Shown: positions 36,146-45,791, counted from the stretch's first letter. The stretch is DNA of 64,000 nt from Planctomycetota bacterium (GCA_044222185.1 JBGANV010000001.1:192001-256000), one strand, 5' to 3'. Notes: generated from the letters alone by a model not told the origin. A program made the numbers and translations.

Positions 36146-37422
36146 TGCCCGTCAGTGCGTTGGTCGGACTCCAATGGGGTGACGAGGGCAAGGGCAAGGT
36201 CGTCGACGCGCTCTCGTCTCGTGTGGACATGGTCGTCCGCTGTCAGGGCGGAGCGAACGCCGGCCACACCGTCATCGTCGGGACGCAGAAGCGGGTGCTG
36301 CACCTCGTTCCGAGTGGGATCCTCTATCAGCACGTCACGGGCGTCATCGGCAACGGTGTCGTCATCGACCCGCTGCAACTCGTCGACGAGATCACGTCGC
36401 TGGAGGCGGCGGGATACACGTTGACGGACCGGCTGTTCATCTCGGACCGCGCGCACATGGTGCTGCCGTGGCACAAGGAGATCGACAAGCTCGGCGAAGA
36501 CCTGCGCGGCGCCGCGAAGATCGGGACGACGGGGCGAGGCATCGGCCCGACCTACGCCGACAAGGCTTCGCGGACCGGGATCGTCGCCGGCGATTTCATT
36601 CGTGAAGACCGCTTCGTCGCGCTGTTCGATCAGCAGCTCGATGCGAAGAACCGACTCCTCGCTGCCTACGGGCGCAAACCGCTCGAGCGCGATGCGCTTC
36701 TCTCTCCCATGCTCGCGGCGGCGCGGCGCCTCGCGCCGCTCGTGACCGACACGGTCGAGCGCGTCCACGCGGCGATCCGCGATCGTCGCGAGGTCTACCT
36801 GGAGGGTGCGCAGGGGACGATGCTCGACATCGATCACGGCACCTACCCCTACGTGACGTCCAGCAACACGTACGTCGCGGGCTTGCTCCTCGGATGCGGT
36901 GTGGCGCCCAAACAGCTCGACCGCGTGATCGCGATCGCCAAGGCCTATTGCACGCGCGTGGGTGCCGGGCCGTTCCCGAGCGAGGAGATCAGCCCGGTCG
37001 GCGACCTCATCCGCACCCGCGGAAAGGAGTTCGGCGCGACGACGGGTCGACCGCGGCGTTGCGGTTGGTTCGACGCCGTCGCCGCCCGCTACGCCATTCA
37101 GGCGAACGGCGTGGACGAGATCACGTTGACGAAGGCCGACGTTCTCTGTGGCGTCGACGAGATCAAGGTTTGCGTGGCCTACCGCACGGGCAACTCGGAG
37201 TCGACGAGGTTTCCGTCCAGCTCGGACCTCGTGGGGGTGGAGCCGGCCTATCGTGTCTTCCCAGGATGGAAGGAAGAGTTCGCGGACGTTCGCCGATACG
37301 AGGACCTTCCGCTGAACCTCCGCAGGTACATCGAGTTCCTCGAGTCGTGCCTGAACGTCCCGATCACCGCCGTCTCGACGGGCCCGGAGCGCGGTCAGCT
37401 CGTTCGGAGGGACGGCCGGTGA
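36145..37422 (+). CDS. purA: Adenylosuccinate synthetase
   Basis: QWGDEGKGK, GGANAGHT, GTTGRGIGP, EGAQG, GTYPYVTSS, GATTGRPRRCGW. Confidence 0.97.
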   Translation: MPVSALVGLQWGDEGKGKVVDALSSRVDMVVRCQGGANAGHTVIVGTQKRVLHLVPSGILYQHVTGVIGNGVVIDPLQLVDEITSLEAAGYTLTDRLFISDRAHMVLPWHKEIDKLGEDLRGAAKIGTTGRGIGPTYADKASRTGIVAGDFIREDRFVALFDQQLDAKNRLLAAYGRKPLERDALLSPMLAAARRLAPLVTDTVERVHAAIRDRREVYLEGAQGTMLDIDHGTYPYVTSSNTYVAGLLLGCGVAPKQLDRVIAIAKAYCTRVGAGPFPSEEISPVGDLIRTRGKEFGATTGRPRRCGWFDAVAARYAIQANGVDEITLTKADVLCGVDEIKVCVAYRTGNSESTRFPSSSDLVGVEPAYRVFPGWKEEFADVRRYEDLPLNLRRYIEFLESCLNVPITAVSTGPERGQLVRRDGR

Positions 37423-38144
37423 ACCTCTACGGGGCGCGCCACGTCGCGGTGATCATGGACGGCAACGGCCGTTGGGCGCGTGAACGCGGGTGGCCGCGCA
37501 CGCGCGGACATCGCGAAGGCGTGACCTCCGTGCGCGATTGCGTGACGGCGTGCGCCCAGGCGCACCTCGGCTGGCTCACGCTCTACGCGCTCTCGACGGA
37601 AAACTACCGGACGCGTCCGCGAACCGAGATCCGCTACCTGATGGTCCTCCTCAAGCGATTCCTGATCGCCGAGCGTCCGACGATCATGGAGAACAACATC
37701 CGCCTGCGCAGTTGCGGGCGGATCGACGAACTCCCGGACAAGGTCGTGAAGGAGCTGCGCAAGACCGAGCAGATGTCGGCGAGGAACACCGGCATGTCCC
37801 TCGTGCTCGCGCTGAACTACGGCGGCCGTGCCGAGATCGTCGACGCCGCGCAGTCGCTCATCGACGACGTCCGCGCCGGCCGTCTCGCCCAGAAGGACGT
37901 CGACGAGGCCGCGCTGGCGTCACGTCTCTACCTGCCAGAGATGCCCGACGTGGACCTGCTCATCCGGACCGCCGGCGAGTATCGGATCAGCAACTTCCTC
38001 ATGTGGCAGGTGTCGTACGCCGAGATCTTCACCACGCGCAAGTGCTGGCCCGACTTCCGACGCGAGCAGCTCGCGGAAGCGCTCGCGGACTTCGGGCGCC
38101 GCCGGCGGAAGTTCGGCGGCCTGCTCAAGGAAGAGCTCGTGTGA
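37419..38144 (+). CDS. uppS: Undecaprenyl diphosphate synthase (cis-prenyltransferase)
   Basis: HVAVIMDGNGRW, GH..G, STEN, ALNYGGRAEI, DLLIRTAGEYRISNF, WPDF. Confidence 0.95.
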   Translation: MNLYGARHVAVIMDGNGRWARERGWPRTRGHREGVTSVRDCVTACAQAHLGWLTLYALSTENYRTRPRTEIRYLMVLLKRFLIAERPTIMENNIRLRSCGRIDELPDKVVKELRKTEQMSARNTGMSLVLALNYGGRAEIVDAAQSLIDDVRAGRLAQKDVDEAALASRLYLPEMPDVDLLIRTAGEYRISNFLMWQVSYAEIFTTRKCWPDFRREQLAEALADFGRRRRKFGGLLKEELV

Positions 38145-39079
38145 GCCAGCGCCGCCTCGGTGTCCGGATCTCCATCGGTTCGCTGCTCGTCGCCGTCGTG
38201 GTTGGAATCACGCTCGCCGATGCGCGGGACGGAGCCTTCCGTTTCGCCCCCCTCGTTGCGGGCGCGGTCGGACTCGTCGCCCTCCTCGAGTACCTGAAGA
38301 TCTGCGCGCGGGCGATCACACCCAAGATGCGGTGGTCCGTGATCGTGGCCGGGTCGATCCTGATGTTCTGGCGGTCCGCCGCCGAACTCGCCGGGATCGA
38401 ACGGGTTTCGGGCGACGTCTTCGAAGTGATCCTCGGCATGTGCGGGGCCATCCCGCTCGTCGTCACGGTGCTGGCGCGTCGTACCTCCGCGGTCGAGCCC
38501 CTCGACTTCGAGTCGGTGGCGGCCGCCACGTTCGGGCTCTTTCTCGTCGCCTACCCGATGGCGGCCCTGAACGAGATCTGCTTCATCGGGGAGACGGTCA
38601 GATACCCTCTCGGCCGGACCTGGGTCCTTCTTGGGTTCTCGGGGTTCACGCCCGGTACCGGCATCGGTTCGTGGCTGCTCGTCGTCACGCTGCTGGCGTC
38701 CAAGCTGAACGACATCGGTGGGTACCTCGTCGGGAGTGCGCTCGGGCGCCACAAGCTCGCGCCAGGGGTTAGCCCCAACAAGAGCGTCGAGGGAGCGCTC
38801 GCCGGCCTCTTTTTGGGCACGCTCTGGTCGTATGCGGCTTTTTCCTGGTTCGGACCCGTGCGCGGAATGCTCACGCCGGGCCACGCCGCCGTATTTGGTG
38901 TCGTGATCGCAGTCACGACTCAACTCGGGGATCTGGCCGAATCGATGATCAAGAGAGCGGTCGGTGTCAAGGACTCGGCCGCCGTGCTTCCGGCATTCGG
39001 CGGAATGCTGGACCTTGTCGATAGCTTCATCCTTTCTGCGCCCACCGGGTACACTTTGCTCCTGTTCTGGTTGCGCTGA
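38141..39079 (+). CDS. cdsA: Phosphatidate cytidylyltransferase
   Basis: Multiple TM helices; DIGGYLVG..LGRHK, SPNKSVEG, GDLAESMIKR..GVKDS, GGMLD; follows uppS. Confidence 0.92.
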   Translation: MSQRRLGVRISIGSLLVAVVVGITLADARDGAFRFAPLVAGAVGLVALLEYLKICARAITPKMRWSVIVAGSILMFWRSAAELAGIERVSGDVFEVILGMCGAIPLVVTVLARRTSAVEPLDFESVAAATFGLFLVAYPMAALNEICFIGETVRYPLGRTWVLLGFSGFTPGTGIGSWLLVVTLLASKLNDIGGYLVGSALGRHKLAPGVSPNKSVEGALAGLFLGTLWSYAAFSWFGPVRGMLTPGHAAVFGVVIAVTTQLGDLAESMIKRAVGVKDSAAVLPAFGGMLDLVDSFILSAPTGYTLLLFWLR

Positions 39080-39110
39080 CGAGGCGTAGCCCCGACCCAA
39101 GGAGAGCCGG

Positions 39111-40283
39111 TTGATCGAACGGACCATCGCGCTGCGGGATCTCGAAGAGGAACGCTTCCTTTACGGCCACCTGGACCGCAACCTCCACCTCCTGCGGCGC
39201 CTGCTCGGGGTCGAGGCCATCAGCCGGGGTGGACAGTTGCGGCTGAAAGGCAACGCCGCCGCGATCGACGAGGCTCTCCGGACGGTGGAACACGCGCTGA
39301 CGCTCTTCCGTGACGGCGGGCAGACGGACCCCGCGACGGTGGAGAAGCTCTTTCGCGAACGACATGCCAACGGCCGCGACGACGATCACCACGGGCATGC
39401 CCACGATCACGGCGGCAACGGGAACGGCAACGGGCACGGACACGCGAACGGCGATGGGCGCGAGCGGCTCACGGTGTCGGCGCGCAGTCGGAACCAACAG
39501 CTCTACCTCGACGCCATCGCAGCAAACACGATCACGTTCGGGGTGGGCCCGGCCGGAACCGGCAAGTCCTACCTGGCGGTCGCGTCGGCGGTGCGGTTCC
39601 TCCGCGCGGCGCAGTACCGGAAGATCGTCCTGTGCCGGCCTGCGATCGAGGCGGGCGAGAGCCTGGGTTTCCTCCCGGGTGACCTCCAGGCGAAGATCAA
39701 CCCGTACCTGCGCCCGCTGTACGACGCCCTGAACGACCTCTTGCCGCGGGGTCAGCTCAAGCGATACGTCGAGGAGGAGATCATCGAGATCCTGCCCCTG
39801 GCGTACATGCGCGGCCGAACCCTCGACCACGCCGTCATCATCCTGGACGAAGCGCAAAACTCGACGATCGCCCAGATGAAGATGTTCCTGACGCGCCTCG
39901 GCGAGCGGTCGAAGATGATCGTCACCGGGGACGTCACGCAGGTCGACCTGCCCGCGCACAAGACGTCCGGGCTCATTCACGCCCACCGGATTCTCGAGGG
40001 CATCGCCGGCGTGTCCTTCATCCACTTCGCCAAGGGCGACATCGTCCGCCATCCGGTCGTCCAGGACGTGCTCAAGGCCTACGCGCAGGACGAGGAGGGG
40101 ATCGGTCCCCCCGAGTTCGAGGACGAGCCGCGGAGCCATCGCCGTGAGTCCGACCGCGACCGCCACCATGGGGCCGACGACGCCCCTGATTCGCGACACC
40201 GATCGGCAACCTCACCCTCCCAGGGCAACTCGGCCCGTGACGGTCGGGGCGGTCGGTCCGAGCGCCCGCGCCGCACCCACTGA
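39111..40283 (+). CDS. phoH: PhoH family ATPase (YbeZ-like) with His/Asn/Gly-rich insert
   Basis: GPAGTGKS, RPAIEAGESLGFLPGD, PYLRPLYDAL, YMRGRT, DEAQN, GDVTQ.D, RH..V. Confidence 0.92.
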   Translation: MIERTIALRDLEEERFLYGHLDRNLHLLRRLLGVEAISRGGQLRLKGNAAAIDEALRTVEHALTLFRDGGQTDPATVEKLFRERHANGRDDDHHGHAHDHGGNGNGNGHGHANGDGRERLTVSARSRNQQLYLDAIAANTITFGVGPAGTGKSYLAVASAVRFLRAAQYRKIVLCRPAIEAGESLGFLPGDLQAKINPYLRPLYDALNDLLPRGQLKRYVEEEIIEILPLAYMRGRTLDHAVIILDEAQNSTIAQMKMFLTRLGERSKMIVTGDVTQVDLPAHKTSGLIHAHRILEGIAGVSFIHFAKGDIVRHPVVQDVLKAYAQDEEGIGPPEFEDEPRSHRRESDRDRHHGADDAPDSRHRSATSPSQGNSARDGRGGRSERPRRTH

Positions 40284-40294
40284 CGGGACCTTCG

Positions 40295-40723
40295 ATGATC
40301 GAGGTGGTCTACGACGATCGCCGGATGACGATGGATCCGGCGATCCTCGCACGGCTGCTGCACCTCGTGGAAACCGGCGAGGATCGACGTCTTCAGCTCT
40401 GCGTTCGCGTCGTGGATGACGCCGCGATCCACGAGGCCAACCGGGAGCACCTGGGGCACGACTGGGCGACGGACGTGATCACGTTCGACCTCAGCGATGA
40501 AGGCGACCCGGACACCGCGGGTGACATCCTGATCTCTGCCGAGTTCGCCGAACACGAGGCCCACGAACGTGGGCATGAGCCCCTGGCCGAGCTGTACTTC
40601 TACGTGTGCCACGGGATGCTGCACCTGTGCGGTTACGATGACGCCGATCCCGACGCCCGTCGCGCCATGCTCGAGCGGCAGCGCGACTACCTGCGGAGCG
40701 TGGGGATTCACGTCAACCTCTGA
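40295..40723 (+). CDS. ybeY: rRNA maturation endoribonuclease YbeY
   Basis: N..HLGHD.ATDVITF, GDILIS, HGMLHLCGYD; follows phoH. Confidence 0.9.
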   Translation: MIEVVYDDRRMTMDPAILARLLHLVETGEDRRLQLCVRVVDDAAIHEANREHLGHDWATDVITFDLSDEGDPDTAGDILISAEFAEHEAHERGHEPLAELYFYVCHGMLHLCGYDDADPDARRAMLERQRDYLRSVGIHVNL

Positions 40724-40744
40724 ACGCGATCCAGACGACCTCGC

Positions 40745-41869
40745 ATGACAGCAGAAATCGAGAATCTCCCGAGCGACGACGAACTGTTCCTGCGCGCTGC
40801 ACGCCGTGAGGGTTGGGTGAACGACCAGAAGGTCGCGTCCGCGCGCGAACTGCAGGTCAAGATGCGGGACCTGGGACTCGTTCCGAAGCCACTCGCCGCC
40901 ATCCTGCAGGAAACGGGTGTGCTGACGGACGATCAGTTCAAGAAGCTCAACGAGACGGTTCAGCGCGTGAAGGACGCGTTCCGCATCCCGGGTTACAAGC
41001 TCCTCGAGCGACTGGGCCGAGGCTCCATGGGAACGGTCTACAAGGCGCGGCAGCTGAACCTCGATCGGATCGTCGCCATCAAGATCCTCGCGCCATTCCT
41101 CTCGAACAATCAGCCCTACGTCCGGCGCTTCATGAAGGAGGCGCGCGTGATCGGACGACTCAACCACCCGAACGTGGTTCAGGGCTTCGACGCGGGCGAG
41201 GCCGGCGGCGTCTACTACTTCGCCATGGAGTATTGCGAGGGGCCGACGCTCCTGCAGATCCTCAAGCGCGGCGGCGCGATGGACGAGGACCGCGCCATCA
41301 ACATCGTCACGCAGGTGGCCCACGCACTCGAGCATGCACACGAGCAAGGACTGGTCCACCGTGACGTGAAGCCGGACAACGTGATGATCGTTGAGGGCGG
41401 CGTCGCCAAGCTCTGCGATCTGGGCCTGGCGAAGGACGTGGCCATCGAGAGCGGCAGCACGGAGCGCGGGTCGACGGTCGGCACGCCCAACTACATCTCG
41501 CCGGAACAGGCGCGCGGCGAGGGCGGGATCGACATCCGCAGTGACATCTACTCGTTGGGCGCGACGTTCTATCACCTGCTCACAGGCGTGCCGCCGTTCG
41601 ACGGACAGAACCCGGCGGTCATCATGGTAAAGCACCTGAACGAGGATCCGACGCCGCTCCGGGAACGCATGCCCACCGTGCATCCGCTGACGGAGCGCGT
41701 CGTATTGAAGATGCTCGCCAAGCATCCGCGCGATCGCTATCAGACGCCGACGGAGCTTCTGGCCGACCTCGACGCGCTGAGGACGCGGGACACGGATCCC
41801 TTGCCCCCGATCAAGCCCGGCAGCGGGCTCTTCAAGAAGCGTCCGCGTCGCATGCGACGCAGCTACTGA
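40745..41869 (+). CDS. Soluble Ser/Thr protein kinase
   Basis: LGRGSMGTVY, VAIK, HPNVV, HRDVKPDN, DLG, GTPNYISPEQ, SDIYSLG; short helical N-terminal domain; no TM. Confidence 0.93.
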   Translation: MTAEIENLPSDDELFLRAARREGWVNDQKVASARELQVKMRDLGLVPKPLAAILQETGVLTDDQFKKLNETVQRVKDAFRIPGYKLLERLGRGSMGTVYKARQLNLDRIVAIKILAPFLSNNQPYVRRFMKEARVIGRLNHPNVVQGFDAGEAGGVYYFAMEYCEGPTLLQILKRGGAMDEDRAINIVTQVAHALEHAHEQGLVHRDVKPDNVMIVEGGVAKLCDLGLAKDVAIESGSTERGSTVGTPNYISPEQARGEGGIDIRSDIYSLGATFYHLLTGVPPFDGQNPAVIMVKHLNEDPTPLRERMPTVHPLTERVVLKMLAKHPRDRYQTPTELLADLDALRTRDTDPLPPIKPGSGLFKKRPRRMRRSY

Positions 41870-41902
41870 CGACGCGTCGACCTGACTCCCGGATCCCGAG
41901 GT

Positions 41903-42064
41903 GCTCAGACGAGCGGCGGGTGAAGATCAGCGGGGCGCGACGCCTTGGAGGAGCGACCGGTACGACCGGCGCATCCGATTGAGGGGGTCCCACTGTAGAG
42001 GTATCGAGCCAGGGACGTCGCGCCCCACCAGGCATTCCTACGGCCCTGCCGGTGCGGCGTGAGC
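41903..42064. ncRNA. Candidate structured non-coding RNA (unassigned)
   Basis: Nested helices in the gap between convergent genes, including perfect 11-bp GGGGCGCGACG/CGTCGCGCCCC; see findings. Confidence 0.4.
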
Positions 42065-42161
42065 GGGGCGCAATTTTCCGCCGGCTGGCGTGCCGTGACG
42101 ACGGGGACCGCGCCGCGGCGCGCTCGCATCGCCGCTTGGAATCGCGCGCGAGGTCGGGGTC

Positions 42162-43634
42162 TCAGTCGGCCGTCCCCGTCGCGAGCCGGAGGATCGCCAT
42201 CTCGGTGAGGTCCGGGCTGCACACTTCGCCGCAGATGCGACCGCGACGCATGACGAGGACGCGATCGCAAAGCTGGATCAGCTCGGGGAGATCGGAGCTT
42301 GCGACGAGGACCGCGGAACCGCTGACCGCCGCCTCGCGAATGAGCCCGTGGATCTCTGCCTTGGCTCCGATGTCGACTCCGCGCGTGGGTTCGTCCAGGA
42401 GGAGGATCGGCGGGTCGCAGAGCAGGCACCTCGCCAGCAGGACCTTCTGTTGATTGCCACCGGAAAGCTCGCTGGGCAAAGACTGTGGGCGAGGGGCTTT
42501 CACCCGACATCGCTCGAGCTGGCGGGCGGCAAGCTCGCGGGCCGCCGGGTCGGTGGCGAGCCGCGCATTGGGCAGGAGGACGTTCTCCGTGATCGAAACG
42601 GTCGGGAGGAGCCCCGTCGCCGCGCGCTCCTCAGACAGGAGCACGATCCCCGCGCGCCGCATCGATGTGGGGCCGCATGGCCCGATCGGGCGTCCGTCGA
42701 CGCGCATGGTTCCGCGGGTTGGGATGACGCCCGCGACCGCGAGAACGAGCGACGATCGCCCCGAGCCTGCAAGGCCCGCGAGTCCCACGATCTCACCGGC
42801 ATCGACGTTCAGGGTCACGCCGGTGATGCGCCCCGGCGAGGTCAGGTCGGTGACGGCGAGGCGGGGGACGGGTGCCGCCTGGACTGCTGGCCGCGGCACG
42901 GACGCGGGAATCTCCCTCCCGATCATGGCCTCGAGGATTCCGTGCCGCGTCGCCTCAGGCGCGGCCCGATCCATGACGACCTGGCCATCGCGCAAGACGA
43001 CGATGCGATCGGCGGCAGCCGCCACTTCCTCCAGACTGTGAGAGACGAAGATCACCGTGTGGCCTTCGTCGCGGAGGCATCGCACGAGGCCGAGCACGGC
43101 GCGTGCTTGCGTTGGTCCGAGTCCCGCCGTGGGTTCGTCGAAGACGATCACGCCTCGATCTCCAGCCTGCTCGAGGGCGAGGAGACCGGCCGCGATTTGA
43201 ACGAGTCGCTGATCCGAGGGCGAGAGATCGCCCACGAGCGACGCCGGGTCGACCGTCGAACCCAAACGCGTGAGGACGCGCCGTGCCGTCGACGCGCAGT
43301 CGGTTGCATCGAAGCGACGAAACAGCCCCATCGCTCCCCGCAGGACGATGTTCTCGGCGACCGTGAGGTGGGGCCACTGCGCGAGTTCCTGGTGGACGAG
43401 GCAAGCGCGCGCGCGTACGCGCGACGCCCCCGCACCGCTCAGCGGCGTCCCGCGGAACTCGACGCGTCCCGCAGTGGGCGACGCCTCTCCCGCGATCACG
43501 CGCGCGAGCGTGCTCTTTCCGGCGCCGTTCTCACCGAGGAGCGCATGGACCGTGCCGGGGTGGAACCGGAGAGTCACGTCGTCGAGCGCGACCGTGGGGC
43601 CGAATCGGATCGATACGTGGTCGACCGTCAGCAT
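42162..43634 (-). CDS. Sugar ABC transporter ATP-binding protein (RbsA-like, tandem NBDs)
   Basis: GENGAGKSTL, HQEL, DEPT, VSH; second half LSGGNQQKV, DEPTRGVDIGAK, SSDLPEL. Confidence 0.93.
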   Translation of the reverse strand: MLTVDHVSIRFGPTVALDDVTLRFHPGTVHALLGENGAGKSTLARVIAGEASPTAGRVEFRGTPLSGAGASRVRARACLVHQELAQWPHLTVAENIVLRGAMGLFRRFDATDCASTARRVLTRLGSTVDPASLVGDLSPSDQRLVQIAAGLLALEQAGDRGVIVFDEPTAGLGPTQARAVLGLVRCLRDEGHTVIFVSHSLEEVAAAADRIVVLRDGQVVMDRAAPEATRHGILEAMIGREIPASVPRPAVQAAPVPRLAVTDLTSPGRITGVTLNVDAGEIVGLAGLAGSGRSSLVLAVAGVIPTRGTMRVDGRPIGPCGPTSMRRAGIVLLSEERAATGLLPTVSITENVLLPNARLATDPAARELAARQLERCRVKAPRPQSLPSELSGGNQQKVLLARCLLCDPPILLLDEPTRGVDIGAKAEIHGLIREAAVSGSAVLVASSDLPELIQLCDRVLVMRRGRICGEVCSPDLTEMAILRLATGTAD

Positions 43635-43656
43635 GATCGGCGGCCAGGCGCCGATC

Positions 43657-44619
43657 TCATCGGCCGAGCCATTGTTTCCACTGGGCCGCCACGTCGTCGA
43701 CGTTCATCCTCGTGACGCGAACGAGGTCGTAGGAGAGGAACGGCTTCGGCGGATCCTTCTTGCGGTGGAGCTTGTCCATGAGCAGGCGCACCGATTGGAC
43801 GCCCCACTCGAAGCACGGCTGCCCCAACAGGACCTCGACCTCGCCCGTCCGCACGTACTCGAGCTCGGGCGGGAGCATGTCGACGGCCACGACCTTGGCT
43901 CGACCGCGGACGGCGTCCAATGCGTGCGCAGTGAAGAGCGGCCAGCCGCCGATCATCGCCCAGCCAGTGATCGACGGATCGACTTGCTGGATCTCGGCGA
44001 CCTTCGCCGCGGCGTCCTGCGGCGTTTCCTTGTGGTAGTAGACGCCAGCGAGTGCGATCCCTGCATGTCGTGCCAGTTCCTCCTTCACTCCCGCGACGCG
44101 TTTCTGGAGGTTCGGAGCGTTCTGATTGCCGGCGAGGATCGCGACCTTGCCCTTCTCACCCATCAGCGTCGCCAGTTCGCGCATGACGGCCTGGCCGCAC
44201 GGGACGTCGTCGGTTCCATAGAAGCAGAACCGCTTGCTGGCTGGCGCGTCCGAGTCGAAGCACATCACGGGGACGCCCTTTGCGACGGCTCCGTCGATGG
44301 CGCCGGTGAGGACTTCGGCATTGCTGCACGAGACGGTGATCCCCTGCGCGCCTTGCCGCACGAGCTGCTCGATCGCCTGCGCCTGGGCCTGCGCGTCCTC
44401 GTCGGCCGGGGTGCGCACGACCACCTCGATGGCAACCCCGAGTTCCTGAGAGAGGCGGGCCGCTTCGGCCTCGGCCCCACGTCGCGCCGTCACGAACACC
44501 TCGTTCGATTGCGCCTTTCCGATGAAGCCGATGGTGTATCCCGCCTTCTTGTGGTCCCCGCACGACGACGAGGCCACGAGCCACACGGCGCACACGATCC
44601 AGAAGCGGGACATGCTCAT
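43657..44619 (-). CDS. Sugar ABC transporter substrate-binding lipoprotein (RbsB-like)
   Basis: Signal with SSSC; K..SN.VF, GVPVMCFDSD, YGTD, N...R..G, Q...WG. Confidence 0.9.
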   Translation of the reverse strand: MSMSRFWIVCAVWLVASSSCGDHKKAGYTIGFIGKAQSNEVFVTARRGAEAEAARLSQELGVAIEVVVRTPADEDAQAQAQAIEQLVRQGAQGITVSCSNAEVLTGAIDGAVAKGVPVMCFDSDAPASKRFCFYGTDDVPCGQAVMRELATLMGEKGKVAILAGNQNAPNLQKRVAGVKEELARHAGIALAGVYYHKETPQDAAAKVAEIQQVDPSITGWAMIGGWPLFTAHALDAVRGRAKVVAVDMLPPELEYVRTGEVEVLLGQPCFEWGVQSVRLLMDKLHRKKDPPKPFLSYDLVRVTRMNVDDVAAQWKQWLGR

Positions 44620-44688
44620 GCGACGAACCCCCGCGCCCCCTGGCGCGCCCGGATTACAACCGAACGGCCCGCGATGCGCCAGCCGCGA

Positions 44689-45726
44689 TCACGTCCGTCC
44701 CCCCACCGACGTTCGGATCCGATCGAGGAGCGTTGCGAGCACGATCGCGCCACCGACGACGACGCGACTCCAGTTCTGGTCGATGGCGAGGATCGAGATG
44801 CCATTCTCGATGAGCGCGATGAGGATGGCGCCGAGAACCGAACCGACGACGCTCCCAGTTCCGCCGGCGAGCGACGTCCCACCGATCACGGCGGCGGCGA
44901 TGGCGTTCAATTCGTAGCCCCGGCCGGCGTCCGACCCGGCTGCGCTGTAGTAGCCGACCATCATGGCGCCCGAGAGGCCGGCGCAGACCCCGCAGGCCGT
45001 GTAGGCGAGGATCTTCACCCGGGCGACGGGGAGTGCCGCATGGATCGCTGCGCGTTCGTTTCCCCCGATGGCGTGGATGTAGCGACCGACGAGCGTTCGT
45101 CTCTGGATCCACGCGACGGCGATGGCGACGGCGATCATGGCCAGCATGGGAACGGGATGAACACCGAATGCGCTCACCTTGATCCCGCCGGCGACGAACG
45201 AGGATGGCACGGGGCTGATCGTCTCGCCGTTCGTGGCCACGAAGGTGAGGCCTCGGAAAATCTCCATGGTTCCGAGCGTGACGATGAACGGATGGACGCG
45301 CAGCATGGTCACGAGCGAACCGTTCACGGCACCGCAGGCCGCGCCGACGAGTCCGGCGATCGCGACCCCGCAGGGAAGGGTGGTCCAGCCGCTCGCCGTC
45401 GGTCCCATGGAGCGAAGGGCGACGGCCGTGGTCACAGCCGACGCGGCGTAGATGGCGCCGATCGAGAGGTCGATCCCGCCCAGGACGATGACGAGCGTGA
45501 CGCCGATCGCGAGCAGCGCGATGAAGCTCGCGTCCTTCGCGACGCCGACGAGGTTGTCGGCCTGAAGGAATCGGTTGGCGGTTCCCTCGACGGTTCCGTC
45601 GGTACCGCGCACGTCGACGTCGCCGCCGATCAGCGCGAGCGCCGCCGCGATGAACACGATCACGAGCGCGAGGCCCGAGCGCTGGATGAGTGAACGGGCG
45701 CGATCGGATCGAGCGGCTGGCGGCAT
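44689..45726 (-). CDS. Sugar ABC transporter permease (RbsC-like)
   Basis: GGIDLSIG, PFIVTLG, GRYIHAIGGN..AA, GYELNAIAAAVIGGTSLAGG.G. Confidence 0.93.
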   Translation of the reverse strand: MPPAARSDRARSLIQRSGLALVIVFIAAALALIGGDVDVRGTDGTVEGTANRFLQADNLVGVAKDASFIALLAIGVTLVIVLGGIDLSIGAIYAASAVTTAVALRSMGPTASGWTTLPCGVAIAGLVGAACGAVNGSLVTMLRVHPFIVTLGTMEIFRGLTFVATNGETISPVPSSFVAGGIKVSAFGVHPVPMLAMIAVAIAVAWIQRRTLVGRYIHAIGGNERAAIHAALPVARVKILAYTACGVCAGLSGAMMVGYYSAAGSDAGRGYELNAIAAAVIGGTSLAGGTGSVVGSVLGAILIALIENGISILAIDQNWSRVVVGGAIVLATLLDRIRTSVGGRT

Positions 45727-45791
45727 CAGGGGGATCGCCGGGCGGGGCAGGTGTCAGTTACAAAATGTAAAGTGCGCTATGAAAATGATGC

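Noticed and set aside
41932-42030. tRNA, tRNA-Sec, tmRNA or SRP RNA (GGGGCGC...GCGCCCC-ACCA resembles an acceptor stem)
   Set aside because: No GTTCRA T-arm, D-arm or anticodon arm; too short for tmRNA; no SRP CAGG/GNRA/AGCAG motif. Kept only as an unassigned ncRNA candidate.
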